A DNA stretch of 64,000 bases from Daphnia carinata. Taxonomy: Eukaryota. Made by a program: the position numbers and the translations under genes. Positions 52,008 to 64,000 of the stretch are shown in pieces (positions within the stretch are counted from its first letter, which is position 1; the number at the start of each line of letters is the position of its first letter). The stretch is taken from assembly GCF_022539665.2 (NCBI RefSeq), contig NC_081333.1, forward strand, positions 8,742,001 through 8,806,000. The letters are read 5' to 3'. The notes below the pieces were generated by a model that saw nothing but the letters and a program-made list of their open reading frames with translations, searched no databases and was not told the origin of the DNA.

Positions 52008-55000
52008 CCTCTGTTGTGTTGCGCGTCCGGCTGTGTTTCGTCATCGCGAAATCGCGCACCCCGCAAAGTCAATTTCAAAAGCTACAGGCGAATTCTTTTG
52101 AATTTTTTCTTTTCCTATGTCTTCCCGAGTCGTTTGTTATACATTTCGATATGAAGAAATTGTTCAAGTGCGTCCGTTCGTTAGTCAACGATAGAGACAC
52201 GAACTCGTTTGGCCATATAGGATCGCGCCAAGCGCGGCCAATATCGGCGCACGGGCGACAAACATTTTATGAAACAGAAAAGAAAAAATAAATAAATACA
52301 AAACGTATTCGGCCAAATAGCCTCAACGCCCCATGCCCAGGAGGATGTTTTTATCCTACATACCCATATTCCGGGATTCCTGGCACTAGGCACCGGTACA
52401 TGATACTAACGTGCCCAGTGGCTGTCCTGGCAGTGGTCCAGCAGCAGCCGAATTGCAACCACACAATCCAGCACACTCACAAAAAAAACCAAAGACTTTT
52501 GGAAGATTCACCGTAATAGATGCAACGCCGCTACAATCTGATATGCATTGCATTCAATTACACAAATTTTGTCGTCTACCATCTAACGTAACAATTCAAA
52601 CATTTCTTTTGTTGTTGTTGAAAAATGAAACGTGTATCGACTGCTTTACATGACCGTCGTATTTGATTGATGCAACTACATTCATAAAACGGACTCGGTG
52701 GCTTCTTATTGTACAATGAATGGAAAAGGGGGGGGGGCACTTGTACCTCGGTTATTAAGTGTATTTAATCATATAGTGGACAATAACAAAAAAAAAGCAG
52801 CGCAGTCACGATAAAAAGAGTTACTCCAACAGCGTTGTACATATGGCGTCCGTCAAGTCACCTGATGGCGCGGCTTGGCATCATGTTTTAAATCCCCCGC
52901 GCAAGTGATTAATCACCATACAATGATGTTGGTCGTTGGATTACAAAGCGGATAACAACGATGTAATCGTCAACATGTGACACACAGTACAAGATATTTG
53001 TAATACGACGACCATTGAAGTCCATCTAATTGAAACAGATGGGGGATCTACCGTTTCAATGGGATAACATCCGTAACAAGCAAAAAATAAATAAATAAAT
53101 AAAATGCAAATGTAACAAGATGAAGACAAAATTCCTGCCAGGTGACACAGTATTGAACATCATTTAAATGTATGCAATGAGGATGAAATGTTTCCTGCTT
53201 GATCCATCGCTACAAGTTTTCTTTGAATAACAAGACCAGCGCTGCGACCAAGCGTCGATGGCATCCGGCTGATAATCAGGACATCAGCATACCTCACTTC
53301 CTTACTATATAGCCAAGCTTTTTGGGCGCATGTTAATGCAAAAAAAAAAAAAAGCACACATTTTCTCCTTTCTACACACACACAGACACACACGCACGTA
53401 TCTATATAGCCTTAGCTGTAGAATTTCTGTGCTGCTTTGCTTATTGCTTCTCTCTCTCTCTCTCTCTCTCTCTCCGTTTCATTCCAGCGCCAAGACGCCT
53501 TCCAGCGTTCCTATATACTGATCGTATTGCGGTGTGTTGGTGGTGCCTGGTGCAACAGTGGCCGGTATCCACGGACGGAATGGAGGTCATCACCAATTTT
53601 TTTTTTCTTTTCATTGTTGTCATTCCTGTTTTGTTTTTTTAAAATCGGATTTAATGAACCTACATGCGCTACTATCATTGAGCCAGTTTTTCTCCATTTT
53701 GCATTTATTATTTTCTTATTTTAGCAACTTTCCTTTTCTTTTCCGTGGAACAAAAACGATCCCTCCAAATATTTGCAATGGCTACCGTTATAGATCGCAC
53801 GGCAAGTTGTGTTTTTTGTTCTCCATTTTATCGATCGCCATCTGGTTCTCATAGTTAGACGACAACCGATCACGCAAGCAAGCTTCACAACGTTCAACGT
53901 AAGCGCTAGGACGTTTTCGTTTGGCACGATAAATTGCAGTGTTCCCTTTTCGAATTTTCACATTTCGTTTGAATGAGAGGAAGTGTAAAAATGAGGAGAG
54001 AACATCAGTCTAGCTGTTGTTTTGTTTTTTAACAAGAAAGAAGAATGATTTAGCAAGCAACTCACGCGTAACATTTGCAGGTAACTTTTTCTTTTTTGCC
54101 GGTGATTGGCACGTAGCGGTTGTACTACCGGTAAGGGCATAAGACACGGACGGATGAGAAACTTTTACCTATTTTTCTTTTCTTTTACCGAAAAATAAAA
54201 AAATAAATAAAATAAAATAAATAAACGATGTCGTTAAAATAAAGAAAACGAAGAAGAAATGCAGTTGTGACAAAATCGGGTCAGAGGTTAAAACGCGTTG
54301 GCAAGAAACAAGAGAAAATCGTTTTTGTTATTTGAAAAAAAAATAAAAAAAAATAAAGGACCTACATAGACGTAGAGACGTGATCGAGCCATTTGACAGT
54401 TAAAGATTGAAAAACATTTACAAATGATAGATCGATCGATTTATTATTGTTCCCAACGATTGCTGCTGTACGAGTTCACGAGGCACTTCGTACTTATACG
54501 ATCCATTTTCACGCAGACAGTACCATTTCAATTGCTGCGTAACGAAACGACTGCAATCAGCTGGTGTGTCGAATTATTTCTCCGACACATTAGCTCCCCC
54601 CCCCACCCCCCCAAAAAAAAAAATTATTCTATATGAAACATTTGTGCTTCATTACATCGATCGTGATATAAACGTACTGGCCCTCTTTGGTCTCTTTCTT
54701 TAAAAGCGGAAACGGTACATTAGACTGTAATGAGGGGTCTGTTATTGCTTGTCCTCGTTCTGAACATTCTTCCACTCTTTTTACTTTGACGGATAGTTTG
54801 CGCGATTGGCTCTTCTTTTGCTTTTCTAGCGTGGGAGTCGTTATTGCTCTTGGACACGGCTATGACATGGTACCTACGACGATTATGTGTCCCCCTGCCG
54901 TTTCTTTTTCTTGTGCCTAAAGAGCGGACGTGATGGCGTCGACGGACATAAAAAGCAAAAATATTACATCGCAAAAACAAAGTGAACATGCTACTTAAAA

Positions 55001-58000
55001 CAAAAAAATTATAGTAAAAAAGCGGCGTGTGTGCGCTGGCAAATTGCTGCTTGGCCAAACGTGCATATCTCAAACGGCTGGTTGGCTGCTGCTGTGGGCT
55101 GTTTGATCATTCAAAGTGCATGGCGGCTGTCTTTCTGCACAAATGTCGTCATCTCAACAGGATGTGCATCAAGCTGAGCGTGTCTATTACAAATGTCTAA
55201 CAAAGTGATGGCCACTACGAAGAGTGTTACGACACGCGTCCCAATACCAATAAAAACAATGCAAAATGAAGTTTTCTATTTTCTCTCCGAAAATAAGGAC
55301 AAAAAGAGAATGACCAAAAATAGGATGATCCATCGCATTAGACGTTTGGCTATTTATACATCAACTTCTTCTTCTTCTTCTTTTTTTTTTGTGTGTGTTA
55401 ATTTATTTTTATGACGGGAGAAAGGGACGCGTTGGAGAGACGGTCAGCTAAAAAAGAACTGTGAACCGTGAGAATGAGGACCTTAACAAAATATTGGTAC
55501 CTACATGGGCCGTGTGTGTGTCTGTGTGTGCAAACAAAAACGGTTGAAATCCAGGGGGGCCTGTATGCAAATAAGCCAACCGCGCCCGGATACGTTACAA
55601 TCGGTTCTTGTAGCCTGCCGATTGGCTACTTATATCTATCGAAAACATTAGTCATCCGTAATGGTGAGCTGAAAAAAAAAGACGACGAGCTTTGTACGAA
55701 AGAAAAAAAAATGATTGGCCGCAGACAGTCTCGATATATCATGACGTCATGACGATTGGTCTCGTTGTTGCGGAAACTGATGGCCGGCCTTTTCTTTTGG
55801 AGTGTCACTCCATCGATATCTCTTCCTATTGAATACAGGCAAATGAAGCGCACGTTTAGCGATGGCCAGTTTCCCTTCGACAGATCCTTTTCTATGAAAT
55901 TTATTTCTCTCGTTATTTATTTCAAGATTGCTGTTGTTTTTTTTTTTTGTTCGCTTTGATTTTCCCGTTTGTTTTCTTTCGTTTTTTTTTTTTTTTTTTG
56001 GCAAAAGAAAACCCTTTGGTCGATTTTCCGGATGGTCCAAAGTTCTGTTGGCTTGAGCTTTCTCCACTATTTTCTCAGAGCCAACGTGATTGATCTTCCG
56101 TTTCATTCCGCAGCATCCCAAATAATATTTATAGCTACCTATAAATAACCATCTTCCCTACATAGACACATTGACGAGCTTTTTCCTCCCCATGCTGCAC
56201 CTACCAGACCAATATATATATTTCTTTCTCTTCTACCACCATTCAGAAAATAAAAAAAAAAAAAAAAAAAGAATTTGTTTTTCTTCTCCCCCCCCCCCCC
56301 CCAAAAAAAAAAAATAATGCATTCTCTTCCGTTGTTATCGGCATTTCAAACTGCCCTGCTCGTTACCGTGTGGACCTCAGTCATTAAAAAGTAAACTTCA
56401 CCTTGCTATCGGGACTAATAAATTGAGCTTTGCGTGTTGGTCGTCGTCTCGCATCTGAGGTCGGACAATATGAGCTCATAGTTTGCCGTGATCGCCATTC
56501 CAATATTTGTTCCCTTTGGCCCACCTGTTTGAATGGCCATCAGACCCATTGGGGCTTTTTTATAGGCATAACTATAGATGTGCATATATATATATATACC
56601 CAAAAGCAATAGGCTGGAAGCTGCGTGGCGGCCACGGCGGCACATTATTTAATATCTCATCAAGCGGGGCAAACAGCTATAGTCTATAACGTAATAATAT
56701 CTTTACCTGAATAAAGTTTTTTTTTTTTTTTACTACTGCTACTATTACTATCTATACAGCCCCCCCCCCCCTCTTTCCTTTACAATAGAATATAAATGTT
56801 ATATACATGCCTGCGTTGAGTCCACATCTCGTTCATTTTATGTGCAGGCTATTAGAAAGGCCTAAACAGGCCTATGAGCGTTAAGAAAATGAAATGGAAA
56901 CTCTTTTTACGTTTGTGTGTGTGTGTGTTTTTTTTTTAGACGTAAAAACCTAATGAAATTAAAGCGAGGGAATGTCGTTGCTTCAGGGTGGGTTATAACC
57001 ATGGACATTGTACAAACAGACTTGTCACGCAGCTATTTTGCTTTCTTTTTCATTCCGGGTGAAACCTGTTCCACCTTTTTCTTCCCCCTTCTCATACACG
57101 TTTTGTCGTTTGTTTTTTGTTTGTTCCAGTCGAAAAATTTAAAAAAAAGGTGTGTGTGATGCACGAGAAATGATGAGCGACTATCTTACACTTTTAAGTT
57201 AATGATCCTATAGAAAATAAAGAATCATGCCCACTTCTTTCGAACGCTTTCTTGTGCACCGCGTTGCACAGTAGATAATAGGCCGGCATAGTAGAAACAT
57301 AGAAAGATGTTGATTTCTCTTTCACTCTCATAAGGACAGCAGAGAGAGACCCTTCGGTAATCACACACACACACACACACAGGTAGAAAAGAAAAGGGAA
57401 TTTTCTAGAAGTGGGAAAAAGAGGGTGGAAACAAATTCCTCTTGTCCAATGCTACACGTCTAGAAGAGCATCCGATTCTCCCTTATAAGAAACAACGGGC
57501 CGGCGAGCCAAGCGTGAAAGAGAAACAGAGAGTTCTATACCTCTGATATGGTGCGGTTGTTTGTAAAGCTTGACTTGCTGCAGAGTTTGGTCAGCTTGTT
57601 CCACTGCGCACAGGATACACGGACACTAGCACTGACTGCTCTACTATACCACCGATGCCTTTCACCCCCTGGAGCAGGTGGAGGAGGAAAGCCAAGTTTT
57701 TTTTTTATTTTCTTTCTTCGAAAGAGAATCGAACCCCCCCCCCTCAAGGAAGCAAAAAAGAATAGGAAAAATAGGCAACTCTGAGAAGGAATTTGAGAAC
57801 AAACCAAACAAAAAAAAACCGGCCGGCTTAGTTTAAACATAGGCTGCATAAAAAGAAAAACAAAACACATGTAAAAGCGCTTCTTGTATGACATAAATCA
57901 AACAAGTGCAAACCAAAGAAATCCATATCTGTGAAAATGTATAGTCTGTGCGTAGATATGTGTACATGTTGGTTTGCGTCCCTGACGCGCAATCTCCATA

Positions 58001-60191
58001 TACAGGTGGAGTAGGCCATGAGGAGGTCCACCAGTTACTGGAAGGAGGTCTAAGAGGAGGGCAAGGCTCGCTTATAATCTTTTTCTTTTTCAAAATAGAT
58101 ATTCTTCTTCAACATTTTGGCTGGCCGTTACGTGACTTGATGCACCCGTGTGGTTTCTTCCCTCTCTTGCCCCCTTTCCCCCGTTACGCCGCCAGCGTTG
58201 AACCTGTCAGAGCCCTTTCACCGCGTTTTCACTTGCATTCCACAGCAACTTCATTTTTTTTTCTTCTTCTTCTTCTTCTTCTCTAGTTGCTTGGCATCTC
58301 AGTGAGAGGCGAAAAAAGGAAAAAAAAAAAAAAAAAGAAATGAATCTTTTTTCACATGCGCACTCGTCTCACCGGCCCAGTCATCACGCCCCTCTTTTAC
58401 TCCGCCTGCCGCTGTTGGCCCAGTCGCGCATTCCTGTCTAATTGCGTCGTCGTCTCTCTCCGTTTTTTTTTTTTTTTTTTTGCTCTTCTTTTCGATTTCA
58501 TTTTACTAGGCCACGAGATAAACATTTCATATCTTCGTCTTCGAAAAGAATTGAAAAGAGATGACAAGCAAATCGTTTCCATTATCGAAATAAATCAATT
58601 CAAAACGGAGGGTGGACATTAGTCACTGCGCAATTCGTTTTTGATGTATGTACGTAAATGAATAATTGATTTAAAAAAGAATTAAAAAAAAAAAAAGACA
58701 GTCGAGCAGCGTTTTTTTTTTTTTTTAAACGGAAAGAACCGGACTGAAGGTGGTCGTCTTACCTGAGTAATATAACTAACTGGAAACTTTCCCACAAAGA
58801 AACGACAGCCACAACTCGTTTTGTTTCATTACGAAAATCAAATTGTTGGTGTGGATGGTCTCCATTTTTCGTTTCACGAGATGTCGATATTCAGCGAGAG
58901 CCTGTCAATCAGCTGTGAAAGAAAAATTCTCATCCATCAATTGTTTTTTTTTTTATATTCCAGATTGCGTAACTCGTTCGATCCACAAAGAAAAGAAAAA
59001 AGTAGGGCCGATCTGGTTTTCATAATTTTACCGAAGAATTCACCAGGTGAAATGGTTGATGTGGTTGGGTTTCGCCAAATCACAGGAGCCAAAAAAAGAA
59101 AATGAATGAAAACGGACCAAACAAAAAACCAAAAACACACTAGAAATTGATGATGCCTCACAGCTCAGTGTGACGAATACACGCGGAATTCTTAAAAACA
59201 ATAAATGCTTGAAATTTCATTAAATTTTTTTTTGGAATTATTATTCCGTTTAGCGCGATAAGGCGAACGGCAAGCGTGCGGGAGGGCAAAGTCAAACGGA
59301 GACGCCAGAAGCAACAGCTGAACGCGCTCAGGTATGCAGGACAAAGGTGCGTCGTTTTTCCTTTTGCTAGTTGCATTATTTCTCTCTTCCCCCCCCCCCC
59401 CCTTTTTTTCTTTCATTCTCTTTCTCTCCTTTTTTTTTTCTTATCATCATCGTCATCGCCCATCCTCGTCTCTTTTCTCTTTCCCTCGTTCTCTTTCGGC
59501 GTGTAAAATTCGTTTCTCCTTTTTCTTATGTATTTCTCCCTGTTTTACGTATTTGAGTATATTAACATATGGACTTTTTTTCGGCGGGGGGATGGTTCGC
59601 TACGGCCAACTGAGGCAGCAATCCATTCGAAACAGAAAAAAAAAAAATAGAGGGTGAAACATAACACCGTTCCAACACCGTAGATATCGGATGTATCGCT
59701 ATACAAACCTGATGTTGTTTGTCTTTGGGAGCCAATACAAAAGCGTCGGGGGGTCCCAGCCCCGCCAGATTCAAACACCCGTACGGAATAAAATATTTAG
59801 CGTCGTAACTTCGGGGCACTGGTGTTCCACGAAAAAAAAAAAAAAATGGACTGCAATGTCGTAGACAACCCATTGATCCATCAAGTTCCATACTATTACA
59901 TATGCAGTCTTGAATCGAATGGTAAAAAAAAAAAAAAGTAGGCTGGGGGGGGGGGGGGGTTGAACCAGGACAGGTGAAAAGCAAAAATTCAAAAAAAAAA
60001 AAGATGAAAGAGAAAAAAGGTAGACGAAAGATTGAAGAATGAAAAAAAAAAAACGTGGGTATTTTAAAAGTCGAGTAGAGGAAGAAAATGAAAGAAACGA
60101 TAGAGGATAAAGAAAAGCTAAGAGAGAGAGAGAGAATATCAAATGTTTCTTTTCTTCTCTTTCAGTTCCTTTGATTCTTTTTTATTACACC

Positions 60192-60194
<3 letters not shown>

Positions 60195-60268
<74 letters not shown>
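60195..60268 (+). repeat. (GA)n microsatellite, ~37 units
   Basis: Uninterrupted GA run read directly. Shorter GA/CT and CA runs occur at ~48640, 51982, 53449, 46440 and 57361. Confidence 0.95.
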
Positions 60269-60270
<2 letters not shown>

Positions 60271-63200
60271 CCGGGGGAGAAGAGTCCAGGAGAAAGTTTC
60301 TCCTCGTTTCTCGGCCCCTTCCTCCGCCGTCCCATGTTGTTTTGCTGCCACTACACCAGGATGAGGCAACTCTCCGGGATCCGATTCAACTGATTAAGAA
60401 AAAAAAAAAAAAAACGAAGAAGAAGAAGAAGAAGAAAACCTGTTATGTTTGTTTATACACATTGGCATAGCTTGCAAACTGAAAGAATTCACCAACTGGA
60501 ATGCCAGCATACAAACACAATAGCAACAATTTCCTGAATTCATTTTATTTTATTTGAAAATTCTCTTCACCGGGACAACCGTTTCTTCCCGTAACTATCG
60601 CCGCAATTATTAACGTATTCTAATTATTCCTCAACCTAAAAACAAATTCGAAATTTGCATATTCAATGACCAAGAAATTGCTACAAAAAAAAAAAATCTA
60701 TATTAATAAAATACAGTAAAAGGCAGCACTGTTTATGAGCTTCCGCGTATGCGTCACCCACCGGCTAGCGGGCGTGACTGTCGCCATGGCTACCAAGCCG
60801 AGCGTCTCATGCCGTTCGTGCGTCATTCATAGAAACTGTGGATGGTGGAAGCCATTAAACGCGTTCAACACACGTCGATGTAATATATAGGAAAGCTGTA
60901 GATATCATCGACTCTGCTCTTATTTGCGCTTCGTTAAACAAATGCGGATGGAGAGAGAGAGAAGAATGATTTCGAAATGCAGGCACAGCAGCGAGATGGG
61001 CGACAGGTAAATGTCGACACGAATGAGTGCATTATAAACCACACAACGAATCGATACAATCGTTGCCTCAAACCCCATCTATATTTTATTTTCTTCGATT
61101 TCAATCGGCTACGTTTCAACATTCGCCTTCAATTGTTATCAGCGGTCGATCGTTGGCTCTTGCGTTGGGCTTCATCGTGACACCATTCCAACTGATTCTT
61201 TCCCTCTTTATCGATTCAACGCTTATTAAATCATAACTTTAAAAAAAATTTCAAAATTGAAAAAAAAATATATGTACAATTCTTTCTTGTTGTTATATCT
61301 GTGTGTTTTTTTAAAATATGTTTTTAGTGCGCCTGGCTTAAATGAAATGAATTTATGCATCCCGGTTGTAGTGTGTGCACGGGCGGCAGCTCAACAGCAG
61401 CGCGCAATAGTCCGGCCGACCCCCCTGGGCGGGCTAACTTTCTCCTGGACTCGTTCACACAAACCAGACAGTGCACGTATACACACACACACACACACAG
61501 GTTTGATTCTTTTCTCTAGCGTAAACTTCCCATGAAAAAAAAAAAAAAGGAACCCATTGGATTTGTGTGTGTGTGTGTTTCATTTCATTCACTACCGAAA
61601 GTTTTTTTTTTTTATTTTATTTATTTTCCTTCTTCTTATATTTTTTTTTACCTGTCTCCATACAGAAGAAAAAAAAAAGGGGAAGAGGTTTGAGAGCTTG
61701 GCCCTCTCGTTTTTCCAATTCATTTTCTCCTCGTTCTTCCCTCCATCGTCACACCTGCCCATTTCAAAGGAATGGGCTGCGTTCACGCAAATGCTGCCTC
61801 ATACGCAAATGTCTATAAACTCGGCCTTACATACCAACAAATGCCGTCTGTCCGTTCAAATTCTTGACGGATTTTTAAAGCTTACAAGACGCCCCATTAT
61901 ACCTTCCATCACGCTGAAATTCACGTACGACGGCTGATGTGCGAGGGCTTCACTGCGCGATAAAAACCGTTTTGTTGTAAACGTATATATAACTCATCTT
62001 ATATGCACATTTAAAAAGTACACGTATATGACGTATTATGCATATTTGGTTTTCTTTTTTTATGGCAGATTTTTTTTTCTTTCCTTTTCACTTCGCTTTC
62101 CATCAGCGACCAGAAAAAAAGTGTTAACCTCAAATCAGTCGTACAGAACTTATTGCGTCACGTAGGGAAATGTAAGAAGCTACTACACTTCCCCTTTGCC
62201 AAGTATAGTTGAAACCTTTAATGCAACAACATCTTTTTTTTTTTTTATATATATACTATATAAATTAGCCTTACGGCTGTCTCCGTCTATCCGTAAAATG
62301 ACTTCCGCCGCCCCCTTCTCTCGCTCCCTTATTTTTTTTTTCTTGAAGAATTTTTGTCCCTTTTTCTTGGAAGGAGAAAAAAAACAACAAAAAACAAAAA
62401 AAAAACAAAACAAATTATTTCCAAACGAATTCCAGTTCCCTTTTGAAGTTCTTACGCTGCTGGTTATAACGTTCCTTTCTCGCGTAGAAGAGAAAGTGCT
62501 GCCCCTTCGCCTTTGCCTTCCCGTGTGTGTGTTGGTTTTTCTTTTGTTTCTACCCCTCACGGTTCTAAATGCCTTTTCATTTTTGTTTTGTTTTCTTCTC
62601 ACTGAAATTTTCGAATCATTTTTTGTGTGTGTGTGTGTTAAAAGAAGTACGAGACAGGCCCCATTGGTTCCTGGCTTGCGCTTCACGGTCGAAAATGAAA
62701 GGTGGTTAGTTTCCTGAAGTCAAGTAGGTTTTTTTTTTTTTAAGAAGAGCGTCATTGCACCCAGGTTAACAGGGCCGCCATTCATTTAACCATTTTTTCT
62801 CAGTAAAAGAGAAAAATTCAAAGCATAAAAAAAAAAGAAGGACCGTCAAGTGTTTCCAAAGAAAAAGAAGGTACTACTTGTGGGAGATTGGAAAATGATG
62901 TTTTAATCGTGCGTGACCTCACGATACACGTCGGCGTGAACCCGCAACGTGCAACCGAAGCGAGAGGATCGTCACGCGCCGACAGAACCTCCTTCTCCCC
63001 ATTTTCATTAGATCTTCATCTTCATTTATTCATTCGCCATTTTTTTTTTGGTGTCTACTACCCCCACCGTGTTCATTATCCCTTTCTTTTTTTTTTTGCA
63101 TTAAGACTTGCCTCCCACATAGATGAAACGTATGGAAACAAGTCTTTGGGTACGTCCTCATCAATGGCGAATTTTGTTGTTGTTACAACAGGGAAAAGAA

Positions 63201-64000
63201 CAAAAACAAAAACGTTCAAATGTGTGTCAATGATCGTTTTCATCTTTTTGATCGCTTCGTACCCCAGTACATTCTTGCTGTTAGCAAAACGCGTGTATAC
63301 CACCTCATCGATGTACTCCGTTTTTAACCTAGTTTTTTTTGTTTTTGTATTGGGAAAGGCAGGAGTTCTTTATGGTTGTAGCCGAACCTAAAAACGATGG
63401 TGATTCATTTCTTCGTATAGTTTTTCAAAGTGAAAACGCCAGCGATTTTGATCAGCATGCACGGAACAAGTCTGCGTGTGTGTGTGTGTGTGTCCCCATG
63501 TGTACATCGCCAAACACATTGACCATATCCCTCCATCCGGCCCTCCCATCCAGCGCTCCATTTCGGTTACGCTTTGGTAAACGCAGTAACATATCGGACC
63601 ACCACGGAAGAAAAGATCTGGCGTGCAGCACCGCAACCAGAAGCCCCCGCACCTGTTCTGTCCGAGAAGAAATGTTTCCCAACTGTTGTACGTACGCGTA
63701 CCTCCTTTCCATATAATTCAAGTATGGGCGTTATGACGTAACGGACATATCCTCCTACGTTGCGTAGACTGTCTCTTGCATGTAAAAGATCATCACAAAA
63801 AAAAAAAAAAAAGAAAAAGCTTGTGTATGTGTGTGTTGACGTGAGGACATAACTCACGGTAGGCAGCTCTTTGACGAGGAGATCGGGAGCAGATTATGTG
63901 TACTCCCATTTTGCATGTTTTAATTTCTTTTTCCGTTTATTGCAATCCTTTTGGAGTGTTTCTATTGCATTTCTCCTCTCCGTTTTTGTTTCACTGTAGC

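Noticed and set aside
58755..58830. Strong minus-strand donor CAG|GTAAG as an orphan exon
   Set aside because: No ORF, acceptor or promoter can be tied to it, and such matches are expected by chance in 64 kb.

Overview
Eukaryotic, intron-containing DNA. Many ~55-100 nt GT-AG introns, abundant homopolymer and dinucleotide tracts, and arthropod-type gene content suggest a branchiopod crustacean such as Daphnia (inference). A compact housekeeping cluster at 15.5-33.9 kb holds ALG8 (+), a shortened CEP120-like gene (-), a C15orf61/DUF4528 homolog (-), ATRX with an intact ADD domain (-) and TBC1D19 (+). Outside it are an orphan single-pass membrane protein exon (2.3-2.9 kb) and a 4-exon gene spanning ~15 kb (35.8-51.0 kb, -) encoding a ~1627-aa secreted, repeat-built, cuticle-like protein. 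Long non-coding stretches (3-15.5 kb, 51.3-64 kb) fill the rest. The most striking observation is that the C15orf61 stop codon lies only 4 nt upstream of the CEP120 start codon (TAG-TGCA-ATG), with a poly(A) signal abutting the first CEP120 splice donor. This suggests a dicistronic locus possibly switched by splicing versus polyadenylation. Gene identities come from recognising sequence motifs from memory, not from database searches.
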